DNA of 62,518 nucleotides from contig JAACWB010000006.1 of assembly GCA_009992215.1 (NCBI GenBank), positions 1 to 62,518 of the forward strand, read 5' to 3'. Below, one piece after another: positions 8,618 to 17,363 of the stretch (its first letter is position 1; each line of letters starts with the position of its first letter). The notes beneath the pieces are model-generated. The model was not told the DNA's origin. It did no database searches and saw only the letters and a list, made by a program, of their open reading frames with translations. This DNA comes from an archaeon. Lineage in GTDB: Archaea > Nanobdellota > Nanobdellia > Pacearchaeales > GW2011-AR1. The position numbers were made by a program, and so were the translations under genes.

Positions 8618-10326
8618 CCATAACGATAATTTTCGTGTTTTGATTCTTTGAAGTCTTTTTCAATTTCTTCAAGAGTTGCAATTTCGCTTAAAGGTTTGTC
8701 TTCACGTAGTGCAGTTATCCTTGGAAAACGAAGTGCCCAACCTGATTTGTAATTTGGAGAACGTTGTATGTCTTGATAATGAACTGTTACAATAATTTTT
8801 GGTTTTACTTCAATGTCTTTATTTTTTTCTTTTGTAATTAAGGGTCTTAACATTTCTGTTAAATTTTCAAAAGTAATTTTGTTGTCTTCTGTTTCTTTTT
8901 CAGCTACTCCAGTTCCAACTTTTCCTATTTGCAAGTATTCATTTCCTTTTTTACAGGATAGAATGAAACTTGAAATCCATCCTGAACGTTTACCTGTTCC
9001 CCATTCTCCGCCGGTTATTACCAAATCTAATTCATTTTCTTCTGGTTTTAATTTTAGCATGTGTCCAACTCTTCTTCCTGGTTTGTATTCAGCATCTAAA
9101 TTTTTTAACATGATTCCTTCTTGTTTATCTTTTAGTGCTTTTTTGTAGAATTTTTCTACTTCTTTTTTGTCACTTGTTATCTTGTGGTGTGATGCAATTA
9201 ATTTATATGGGTGACTCGTCACAATTTTTTCAATTAGTTCTCTTCTTTTTTTGAAAGGAACATCTAATTGGCTTTTTCCGTTGTAATAGAGAACATCAAA
9301 AACATTTATTTCAACTGGAAGTTTCTTTTGTAATTCTTCGATTTTATGTTTTCTTCTAATTCTTTGAGAAATTTTTTGAAAGTCTGTATAATGTTTTGTT
9401 TTCTTGTCATAACCTACTGCTTCAGAATCTAGAATAAATGAATCTCCTTTGATGAATTTATTTATGTATCCTTCAACTTCTGGAAATTGTTTAGTTACAT
9501 TTTCTAAACGTCTTGTGAAAAGTGTTACTTTGTTGTTTGCTTTATGTATTAATAATCTGAAACCGTCGTATTTGTATTCTATTGCGATTGGCTTACCCAA
9601 TTTTTTGAATGCATCATCAATATCATTTGCTTTTTGTGCAAGCATTGCCTTAATTGGTTTACCTACTTCAAGTTTTATTTTGTCAAGTTCAGTTATTTTT
9701 TTCTTCATGGCAATTTTGAAAACAACAGATAAATCATTTGAACGATCAATTGCTCTTTGAATTCTGTCTTCGTAGTCTTTATTGTTGTTGAAGAATGCTT
9801 TTAGTAATGCATATTTTATTGTTGACTCTTGAACACCAATTCTTAAATCTCCAATTAATGTTCGAACCAAATATTTTGCTTCAATAGGGTCAGAAGAAGT
9901 TAATAATTCTGTAATTAGACTTAATTTTTTTTCAATTGTTCCTGCCCCGATTAATTCAGGTAATTTTCTTAAATTTGTTAAAACTTTATCAACGGTAATT
10001 ATATGTGAAGCAAGAGTCATTTGTTTTTTCTTTTTTGTTAATTCTCTTGCAACTTCACCAATGTCCCCTATTTTTTTCCATTCAGCCATTACTTTTTTTG
10101 AATCGGTTCCAGTTGATTTTGAAATTGCTTTTATTGCAAGTTGGTTTGAAATTCCAATTCTTCTTTCATCATATTCTGGGTAAATGTCTCCAAGAATTAA
10201 ATAAATTAAATCTGCATCTTCTTCTTTAACATGTTCAAAGAATTTTGAGAGGATGTCTATTTTTTCTAGACGTTTAGTAGTAGAAGAAAGTTCATCATAA
10301 AGAATTGCTAATTTGTTGTACCTCAT
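8614..10326 (-). CDS. lig: ATP-dependent DNA ligase (Lig1 type)
   Basis: Adenylation motif EYKYDGFRL, also EGIMLK and LKLKPE. Length 570 aa with an N-terminal DNA-binding domain. Confidence 0.95.
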   Translation of the reverse strand: MRYNKLAILYDELSSTTKRLEKIDILSKFFEHVKEEDADLIYLILGDIYPEYDERRIGISNQLAIKAISKSTGTDSKKVMAEWKKIGDIGEVARELTKKKKQMTLASHIITVDKVLTNLRKLPELIGAGTIEKKLSLITELLTSSDPIEAKYLVRTLIGDLRIGVQESTIKYALLKAFFNNNKDYEDRIQRAIDRSNDLSVVFKIAMKKKITELDKIKLEVGKPIKAMLAQKANDIDDAFKKLGKPIAIEYKYDGFRLLIHKANNKVTLFTRRLENVTKQFPEVEGYINKFIKGDSFILDSEAVGYDKKTKHYTDFQKISQRIRRKHKIEELQKKLPVEINVFDVLYYNGKSQLDVPFKKRRELIEKIVTSHPYKLIASHHKITSDKKEVEKFYKKALKDKQEGIMLKNLDAEYKPGRRVGHMLKLKPEENELDLVITGGEWGTGKRSGWISSFILSCKKGNEYLQIGKVGTGVAEKETEDNKITFENLTEMLRPLITKEKNKDIEVKPKIIVTVHYQDIQRSPNYKSGWALRFPRITALREDKPLSEIATLEEIEKDFKESKHENYRYG

Positions 10327-10424
10327 TTTACCAAAATAGTAAATGAAAGGGAGTTTTTAAGATTTAGGTTATCAAATTTGTTAAATTAAGATAAGTTTAT
10401 ATTTTATTTTTTATTTCTTGTTGC

Positions 10425-11240
10425 ATGAAAAATATTTTAATATTAACAAATTTTACTAATGAGCAGAAAGAAGATGAGTTCTTGGCGGATTATTTGAAGA
10501 ATTATTTTGATGTTAGATTGGTTGATTTTTCTAGTATTGAAAAATATGAGAATGATTCAGATTTAATTATTATTAGAAATACTTGGCCTGATTCTGAAGA
10601 TGAGAGTGAAAATTATCATTTTCAAAAAGCTGAATTTCTAAAACGAGCAGAGAAAAAGAATCTTAATTTATATAATTCATTGAAGGCTCATTGTGATAGA
10701 AGAGGTAAGGAGTATTTAGTAAAATTGTATAAAGAAAATTATCTTGTTATTCCAAGTTTTGATTCTTTTGAAAATGTAGAGCATTATGAGAAATTTTTAG
10801 TCAAGCCAAAATATGGGTTTAGTTCATTTGGAATTGAAGAAACTTCTCTTGACGATTTGAAAAATGTTGATTTTAATAAAAATTTTGTTCAACCTAAAAT
10901 GAAGTTTAAGGGGGAGTTATCTTTTTATTGTATTGATGAGGATATTGTTTATGCTTTGTTTTTTGAGGGTTCAAAGGAAAAAACTTGGGCTAAGCCCATA
11001 GTTTGGAAATTAAAAAAAACTGAAAGGGAGTTAGTTAGAAAATTCTTGAAGTGGAATGGTTTGAAACATGGATTATGTAGAGTTGATTTTTTGGTTTTGG
11101 AAGATGATAGTTTGTTACTTTTAGAAATTGAAGACGATTCTCCTTATCTTTCTTTTGAGGAGATTGATGATAAGTTGGTTTATAGATTTTTGAATAGGTT
11201 GAAAGATTCAATTGAATCTGAATTAAATAAATATAATTAG
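10425..11240 (+). CDS. ATP-grasp-like protein
   Basis: LVKPKYGFSSFGIE and CRVDFLV..LLLLEIEDD resemble ATP-grasp motifs. The match is weak. Confidence 0.4.
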   Translation: MKNILILTNFTNEQKEDEFLADYLKNYFDVRLVDFSSIEKYENDSDLIIIRNTWPDSEDESENYHFQKAEFLKRAEKKNLNLYNSLKAHCDRRGKEYLVKLYKENYLVIPSFDSFENVEHYEKFLVKPKYGFSSFGIEETSLDDLKNVDFNKNFVQPKMKFKGELSFYCIDEDIVYALFFEGSKEKTWAKPIVWKLKKTERELVRKFLKWNGLKHGLCRVDFLVLEDDSLLLLEIEDDSPYLSFEEIDDKLVYRFLNRLKDSIESELNKYN

Positions 11241-11355
11241 AGATGATAACTTAATAGTTATCAGAGCTCTACAAAGTACTGCCTAGCAGTTTGTTTATTT
11301 CTAGGTCCATTAGACCTATTTGGAGCATGAAAAGAAAAACAAAATAAAAATAAAA

Positions 11356-11976
11356 TTATTGTTTTTCTTCTAAAAATAATTCATTAACTTTTTCCCAATT
11401 AATTATGTTAAAGAAATTGTCGATATATTCGGCTCTTCTATTTTGATATTTCAAGTAATAAGAGTGTTCCCATACGTCGATTGCAATTAAAGGAAACATC
11501 CCTTTTGAAATAACACTTTCTTGGTTAAATGTTTGAACTATTTTTAATTCGTTTTTGTCTAAAACAAGCCAAGTCCAACCGCTTCCAAAAACTCCAAGAG
11601 ATTGATTTTTGAATTCTTCTTTGAAATTTTCTAAACTTTGAAATCTTTCAATTATTGCAGTTTCAATTTCATTTGGAATCTTTGTATCTTTTTTTAATAT
11701 TTCCCAAAAGAAATTGTGGTTGTAAACTCCACCTCCGTGGTTAATAACTTTTTGTCTTATTTCTTCAGAAATGTTGTCTAAATTTGTCAATAACCATTCA
11801 ACACTTTTTCCTTCAAGCTCTGGATAATTCATTATTGCTTTATTTAAATTATCAACGTATGCTTTATGATGTTTACCGTAGTGAATTTTTACTGTTTCCT
11901 CGTCCATAAATGGTTCAAGGGAATCTGTTTTAAACGGTAGTTCTATTAATTCATGTACCATATTTTTTACCTCCAT
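11356..11976 (-). CDS. sod: Fe/Mn superoxide dismutase
   Basis: HYGKHHKAYV, GGGVYNHNFFW and DVWEHSYYLKYQNRR. Confidence 0.95.
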   Translation of the reverse strand: MEVKNMVHELIELPFKTDSLEPFMDEETVKIHYGKHHKAYVDNLNKAIMNYPELEGKSVEWLLTNLDNISEEIRQKVINHGGGVYNHNFFWEILKKDTKIPNEIETAIIERFQSLENFKEEFKNQSLGVFGSGWTWLVLDKNELKIVQTFNQESVISKGMFPLIAIDVWEHSYYLKYQNRRAEYIDNFFNIINWEKVNELFLEEKQ

Positions 11977-12128
11977 TATAGTTTTCTAATAAATTTGAGA
12001 AGCTAAGTATATATGAAATAGTTTTCATATGTTTATATATTTTTTGGTTCATCTTTTTGGTAAGCGGCCAAGATTAAAAGAAAATATGCAGTTTTTTGGA
12101 TAATTATTTTTTTAAATAAGAAAAGATA

Positions 12129-12746
12129 ATGTTTTATATGAATTTGGATGATATAAAATTAACACAAATTAAAAGTGGTAGATTGCCTGGATATTTTTTT
12201 CCTAAATTAATTGAGCTTGGACATTTGAAAATAGAGCCTTTTAATGAAAATTCCCTCGGTAATATTTCTTATTATTTACATTTTAATAATAAATTTAGGG
12301 AACCAATTGTGGGAAATGAACCAATAAACTTATTGGATAAGAATTCTATTGATTCAGCATTTCATCCATACAAAGAAATGGAAAGCTATATTCTTCATCC
12401 AGGAAAAAGTGTTATAGCTCAAACTTATGAAAAAGTTGGTTGTTCAGAGTGGTTTTTATGTAAACTGGAAAATACTTCTGCTCTTGGAAGAGTTTTGTTA
12501 AATCATGCTTCACATGGGTTTTTACATCCAGGACATGGGATTAATGAGCCATTTAATATGATGATTGAATTAACAAATTTGGGAGAGAAACCAGTAATAA
12601 TACAATCTGCTAAAATGGAAAATGGAAAAATTATTGGTCCGGATTCTTTCAGATTTTATGTTGAAAAATTACCTTATCCAGCAACAGATTATAAAAGTGT
12701 TTCAAATGTTTCTAAATTAAAGATGGATAATTCGGATAAAAGTTAG
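12129..12746 (+). CDS. dcd: dCTP deaminase/dUTPase-fold protein
   Basis: IEPFNE..ISYYLHF, ILHPGKSVIAQTYEKV, NTSALGRVLL and MMIELTNLGEKPVII match the Dcd layout. Confidence 0.6.
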   Translation: MFYMNLDDIKLTQIKSGRLPGYFFPKLIELGHLKIEPFNENSLGNISYYLHFNNKFREPIVGNEPINLLDKNSIDSAFHPYKEMESYILHPGKSVIAQTYEKVGCSEWFLCKLENTSALGRVLLNHASHGFLHPGHGINEPFNMMIELTNLGEKPVIIQSAKMENGKIIGPDSFRFYVEKLPYPATDYKSVSNVSKLKMDNSDKS

Positions 12747-12758
12747 TTTTAGAATAAA

Positions 12759-12896
12759 TTATATTTGTCTTGTGTATCTTTTCTCTTGAACTTGCATTGG
12801 TTCTCCACAGCAAACAAGTTGTCCTTTTCCTTCGTGAAGTACCTCTACAACGTTTCCGCAGATGTTACATTTGTAGATTTCTTTTACGTTTGTCAT
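12759..12896 (-). CDS. desulforedoxin (stand-alone Dx domain, 45 aa)
   Basis: Hand translation: [45 protein letters not shown]. This matches the Dx signature YKCxxCGxxVxVxxxGxGxLxCCGxxM. It is below the ORF-track size cutoff. Confidence 0.8.
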   Translation of the reverse strand: MTNVKEIYKCNICGNVVEVLHEGKGQLVCCGEPMQVQEKRYTRQI

Positions 12897-12897
12897 T

Positions 12898-13182
12898 TTA
12901 TTTTTCAGTTAATTCTTTTACTTCTTTTTTTCCTTTGTCTAGTTCCTTTTCTTGTTCTTTGTCTAATTCTAAAAGTAATGCTTGAAATTCTCCAACATGT
13001 GTTTTCTCTTCCTTTGCAATATCAATTAAAACCTTTTTTATTTTTTTGTTTGTAGTGTTTGCTGATAATTGCTCGTATAAACTTACTGCATCTAATTCTG
13101 CAATCATTGCTAATCTTAGAATTTCTTTGTCTGTTGTTTCTTTTGTAATCTTATTTAGGTTAGTGGGGCTTTGCGATAACAT
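12898..13182 (-). CDS. ferritin-like / rubrerythrin-family half-ferritin (EncFtn-like)
   Basis: [20 protein letters not shown] and [16 protein letters not shown] (ExxH). Length 94 aa. Its stop lies 1 nt before the desulforedoxin start. Confidence 0.55.
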   Translation of the reverse strand: MLSQSPTNLNKITKETTDKEILRLAMIAELDAVSLYEQLSANTTNKKIKKVLIDIAKEEKTHVGEFQALLLELDKEQEKELDKGKKEVKELTEK

Positions 13183-13234
13183 TCTAATTTAAATGTGTTA
13201 TTACTTAAATAAGTTTGTAATAATTTTTGGATAA

Positions 13235-13603
13235 CTAAGATTTAACGATCATCCAACGTACGAGCGGAGGATTTTTGTGTTCGGTGTCCATTAATTTTAC
13301 AGAACCTTCAGCAAGAATGTCTTGTTCGTTTATGTTGTGCATTTCACTTAATTCTTTTTTTGTCAAATAATTATGAGGATAAAATTCAACTAAATGGGAA
13401 TAAATCATTTTGAAATTTTTGTAATCTTTTGTTTCTGGAATTTTAAATAAAATGTTTTCATAAAAATCCCTTGGATCTTTGAATCTTGAAGACATACAAG
13501 AAATTGCTTCTGTTAATAAGAAATCTCTTAGAAGTTTTTCTGTTAATATTTCAGTTTTGTAATCTTCATATTCTAAAATATTTGTTTGAATTAATTCTAC
13601 CAT
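13235..13603 (-). CDS. hypothetical protein
   Basis: ORF of 122 aa with no recognised motif. Confidence 0.5.
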   Translation of the reverse strand: MVELIQTNILEYEDYKTEILTEKLLRDFLLTEAISCMSSRFKDPRDFYENILFKIPETKDYKNFKMIYSHLVEFYPHNYLTKKELSEMHNINEQDILAEGSVKLMDTEHKNPPLVRWMIVKS

Positions 13604-13645
13604 AAAATAATTATGAATCTAAACTTTTTAAGAATTATTGAGAAT

Positions 13646-14218
13646 TTATTTCCCTTGTCTTTTACCAGCTCTTACACTTGGTCTAACTTTTGAAGTTGGA
13701 TGTTTGTTTCTTAAACCACGTGATTTCTTTGCAGCAGAAGTTAATCCTCTTTCTGGTCTATTTTGGTTAGTTCTGTTACAAATCCAATTGATTGTTTTGT
13801 CATTTTGGATTTCTGGTTTAGAAGGGTCTACACAAATAACTTCGTAGAAATAGTGTAATCCATCTTTTCCAATCATGTATGAGTTTAATACTTCTAAGTT
13901 AGCGAATTTTTTAGAAACTCTTTGTTCTGCAATCCATTTGTAAGACATCTTTAAGTTCTTTCTAGTGTGCATTCTTTTTGACCTTCTACCTTTGTTTGGT
14001 CTAGGTCTTTTGTGTCCACCTCTATTAATTCTTATTCTAATTATTACGAATCCTTTTTTGTCTTTGTATCCAAGTGCTCTTGCACGGTCTAATCTTAATG
14101 GTTTTTCTACTTTTACAAATACATTTCCTCTTCTCCATTCAACCATTCTTTCTCGAAGTTCTTTTGGGTCTGGTTTTTTCCATGCTTGTCTTAAGTAGTG
14201 ATATAATCCATTTACCAT
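13646..14218 (-). CDS. rpl15e: 50S ribosomal protein L15e
   Basis: MVNGLYHYLRQAWKKP..RLDRARALGYKDKKGFVIIRIRINRGGHKRPRP. Confidence 0.95.
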   Translation of the reverse strand: MVNGLYHYLRQAWKKPDPKELRERMVEWRRGNVFVKVEKPLRLDRARALGYKDKKGFVIIRIRINRGGHKRPRPNKGRRSKRMHTRKNLKMSYKWIAEQRVSKKFANLEVLNSYMIGKDGLHYFYEVICVDPSKPEIQNDKTINWICNRTNQNRPERGLTSAAKKSRGLRNKHPTSKVRPSVRAGKRQGK

Positions 14219-14358
14219 GATTATTTTAGAAAGAAATGGTTTAAAAAGCTTTGGGCATGAGAGGAGAATTTAGTAGTTTGTTCTAGTTTTAATTCTTGTT
14301 TTAGGATTTCGGAAAAATTCAAGAAAAATAAATTCTATTTGACTATATTAAATATAAT

Positions 14359-14493
14359 ATGATCCATCACGGATTTGGTTGGACAAAATTCTAAAGAATT
14401 TCGCACAACACGCCAAAAGATTGTGAATCTTTTGACCTAACTGTGGACACGCCGTTATTCGGCGAGAAACATCTAGCGTTTAAACATGGATTC
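14359..14493 (-). pseudogene. degenerate second tRNA-Ile-like copy interrupted by a hairpin insert
   Basis: A 19-nt exact repeat of the tRNA 3' end (atgatccatcacggatttg) lies at 14359..14377 and 14545..14563. Upstream remnants (GAATCCAT, CCGAATAACGGCG, GTCCAC) parallel tRNA-Ile, but the D and T arms cannot pair. Confidence 0.5.
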
Positions 14494-14545
14494 AAATTTG
14501 TTAAGAATGATTAAGCAATATCTTGATTCCTTCAAAATATTGGAA

Positions 14546-14619
14546 TGATCCATCACGGATTTGAACCGTGGACCTCTGCCTTATCAGAGCAGCGCTCTAC
14601 CAGACTGAGCTAATGGATC
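14546..14619 (-). tRNA. tRNA-Ile (anticodon GAU)
   Basis: Minus strand folds as GATCCAT TA GCTC AGTCTGGTA GAGC G CTGCT CTGATAA GGCAG AGGTC CACGG TTCAAAT CCGTG ATGGATC A. This is a full cloverleaf with no encoded CCA. Confidence 0.9.
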
Positions 14620-14666
14620 ATAATCTGGATATATGAGAACTTAGAACTTTTCATTTATAAAAGTTT

Positions 14667-15317
14667 TTACATAGATGCATCAAGTTCTAAAGTTAGAATT
14701 CCCTTAAGTAAAGAATATTTTTTCAAAGGTAAATTTAGAGAAATTGTTTTTGAATATGCTTTTTCATCTGAAACTGCTTTCACTTCTATACTATTTTCTA
14801 ATTTAACTATTGAAATATCTTTAATTGACTCAACACCTGGAATTTCAAGTTCATATTGGATTTTATCTCCAACTCTTTTCAAATTGGATTTTGGTTCTTC
14901 TTTCTTTAATTTTTTCCATTTAGTTAATGTCTCTTCTTCAAATTCAATTGGTAAAATTTTAGTGTTATCTTTTGTTTTTTTGTCAATTTCATTTTGCCTT
15001 AAATTTGCAGGCGTTTTTTTAACGACAACTTTTACTCCTGGAAGAAGTGTTTTCATTACGTCTTCAATATCTTTTCCGTTTATATCATTTGAACCTTTTG
15101 TTAAATCTTTCATCATTTTTGTAACTAATTTATTCATTAGGTTTCCAGTTAATCCTCCTCCAAAATTTATTTGTTGGTTTGTGTTTTGTTTGTCTTTTTT
15201 TCCTAACATTCCCCAATCTTTTCCTAAATCTTTTAGTTGGATTCCACAATTAGGACAGAAATTAGGATTTCCTTTTATCTTTTCACTACAATTATTACAA
15301 ATTTTTTTATTAAACAT
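14667..15317 (-). CDS. zinc-ribbon protein with C-terminal Hsp20/CS-like beta-sandwich
   Basis: CNNCSEKIKGNPNFCPNCG at the N-terminus. C-terminus YELEIPGVESIKDISIVKLENSIEVKA..GILTLELD. Confidence 0.55.
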   Translation of the reverse strand: MFNKKICNNCSEKIKGNPNFCPNCGIQLKDLGKDWGMLGKKDKQNTNQQINFGGGLTGNLMNKLVTKMMKDLTKGSNDINGKDIEDVMKTLLPGVKVVVKKTPANLRQNEIDKKTKDNTKILPIEFEEETLTKWKKLKKEEPKSNLKRVGDKIQYELEIPGVESIKDISIVKLENSIEVKAVSDEKAYSKTISLNLPLKKYSLLKGILTLELDASM

Positions 15318-15366
15318 AGAATTAATTGGATTTCTCGATTTAAAAGGTTTATCGACTGCTGATTTA

Positions 15367-16761
15367 TTATTTTTCTTTTAGGTAATTTTTTATTGAAGTT
15401 ATTTCATGCAAGTCTTCTAATATTGTTGGCTTTGCTTCTTTGAAGAGTATGTTTTCTAATTCTTTGAATCCTTTTAATTTGCTTCTCTTTTTTACTTCAT
15501 TTAGTGATGGAATAAATAAACTAATTATTAACATTCTTAGAATAGTCCCGATGATAAAGATTAAGTAAATTGGTTTTATTCTTGTTGTGTGAATTGCTTC
15601 AATTAAATATGATGCAAGTAGTCCACCAATAACTGCACCAATCCCTACAAATAAATTGAAGTAAGATATTGCTTTACTTCTTTTTTCTTTTGAAACATTG
15701 TCATAAATAAAATTTCCAGAGGCCATTGAAAATGCAGTCCAAGATGTTCCTCCTAAAATTGCTGGAACTAAAAATAAATAAATTTTTGATGAAGAGAGAA
15801 TCCAAAGTAGTGGTGTTAATGGAATTATTAAAGTTGTTAATGCAATTACTTTGTAATTTCCATATTTGTCTGCAATTTTTCCCCAAAGGTTTAATGTTAA
15901 AACGGAAAATAATGTTCCAGACATTGTAATTACCATATAAGTTAGATAATCAAAACCAAGTGTTCTTAGTAGATAAATTGAAACTAATGAAGAAGTTAGT
16001 CCAATTGCAATTGCAAATACTCCTCTAAACAAAACAAATTTTCCAAAGTTTGAACTTTTGATTTCTTTTACAAAATTAAGTAAGGTGTATTCTTTTACTT
16101 CGTCTTTTCTTTTCTTTTTTTCTTTTGGTTCATATTGTCTTTTCACAATATTTATACAAGAAGCTCTTGCGATAAATGCAATCATGAAAAACAAAATGAA
16201 TCCTTGAATTTCGTAATTTGTACTTTTGAAATATTTTAGTACTGCAGAGGACATTATCGCTAAAACAATTGTTGCAAAAGAAATTATTGTTGAACGTTTG
16301 CTCCACCATCTTCCTCGATATTTTTCGTCTATTACATCTCCCATCCAAGAAAACCATGCGGGATGTCCGAGGCCCCCTGCAAAAACTATTATTCCCATAT
16401 CTAAAATTATCAAGAAAGGCAGGAATTCTGTGAACATATTTTTGAAATATAAAATTCCTATTGCTGCCATTAAAAACCAACCAAGTGATTCAGCAATTAG
16501 AGTTTTTACAAAAATTGATTTTCGTTTATGTTTTCCTACTAGGTTAGAGCCGATTAATTGACTTATTGGACCGATGTTTAGAACTGAATTTAATATTGCG
16601 ACAAGTGAATTACTTGTTCCCATTGCAATTGCAAAGGGGGAAACATATTGATCTCCAAAAGAATTTCTTGCTGACCAAAAAATTCCTTCTTTTATTGAGA
16701 GTCTTCTTGTATGATGCTTTGCTTCTTTTATTTCTTCTTTAGAAAGTTTCACCTCTGTCAT
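15367..16761 (-). CDS. MFS-type transporter
   Basis: About 12 hydrophobic segments in 464 aa, with a basic central loop KEKKKRKDE. Confidence 0.7.
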   Translation of the reverse strand: MTEVKLSKEEIKEAKHHTRRLSIKEGIFWSARNSFGDQYVSPFAIAMGTSNSLVAILNSVLNIGPISQLIGSNLVGKHKRKSIFVKTLIAESLGWFLMAAIGILYFKNMFTEFLPFLIILDMGIIVFAGGLGHPAWFSWMGDVIDEKYRGRWWSKRSTIISFATIVLAIMSSAVLKYFKSTNYEIQGFILFFMIAFIARASCINIVKRQYEPKEKKKRKDEVKEYTLLNFVKEIKSSNFGKFVLFRGVFAIAIGLTSSLVSIYLLRTLGFDYLTYMVITMSGTLFSVLTLNLWGKIADKYGNYKVIALTTLIIPLTPLLWILSSSKIYLFLVPAILGGTSWTAFSMASGNFIYDNVSKEKRSKAISYFNLFVGIGAVIGGLLASYLIEAIHTTRIKPIYLIFIIGTILRMLIISLFIPSLNEVKKRSKLKGFKELENILFKEAKPTILEDLHEITSIKNYLKEK

Positions 16762-16811
16762 GTTTTGTAAAATATAATTATATTTTTATAGATTGGGGTT
16801 TTATTTTTATT

Positions 16812-17209
16812 ATGAAAAAGATTTATTTGAATGATTTAAAGAAAAAGGTTTTAGTTACTGAAAAGCATGTTCGTTGGGATTGGGCACAATCACTTGACAA
16901 TTCTGAACTGGTTCGATATGTTTTTGTGGTTTCAGGAGAAAGAGAGACAGAGAAAAAAATTTGAAGAGTATACTTGATTCGCTACAGTATTATGGTGGTC
17001 CAGTAGAGATTATTCGTGAAGATTTTGGAAAAGTTATTGGAACTAAATTTAATTATGATTTGAAAATAATTGACTCAAGAACTGCACCAAATATAATTGA
17101 GTGGGGGGACTTGTCAATAAAGAATATTAGAGATAAAAATCTTTATGAAAGAATAAGAAAAGGTTTTTCTGTTGAAGATTATGTTTCTAATCTTTATAGT
17201 AAGAAATAG
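16812..17209 (+). CDS. hypothetical protein split over two frames at an A7 run (16812..16964 and 16961..17209)
   Basis: ATG at 16812 gives 50 aa ending gag aaa aaa att tga. The track ORF at 16961 continues in the -1 frame directly across aaaaaaa (16953..16959). Confidence 0.35.
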
Positions 17210-17227
17210 CTATACTTTTTTAAATTT

Positions 17228-17317
17228 AAAAATTTCTTTGTTATTTTTCACGCAAAAATCGCGGAATTCACTTCCCGCTCATAAAATTTACGAAGAAATT
17301 TTCTTATTCAATTAAAA
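17228..17317 (+). repeat. C-tract hairpin repeat, copy H (diverged core)
   Basis: aaaaatttctttgttat ... atttacgaagaaattttct ... attaaaac. Confidence 0.6.
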
Positions 17318-17363
17318 CAATTAAAATGAAATAATTTTTATACTAAACTGATTAGTTTTTCTT

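Noticed and set aside
12765-13055. Plus-strand ORFs 12765..13055 and 12770..12985.
   Set aside because: They lie antisense to the desulforedoxin and ferritin-like genes, which have clear family signatures.
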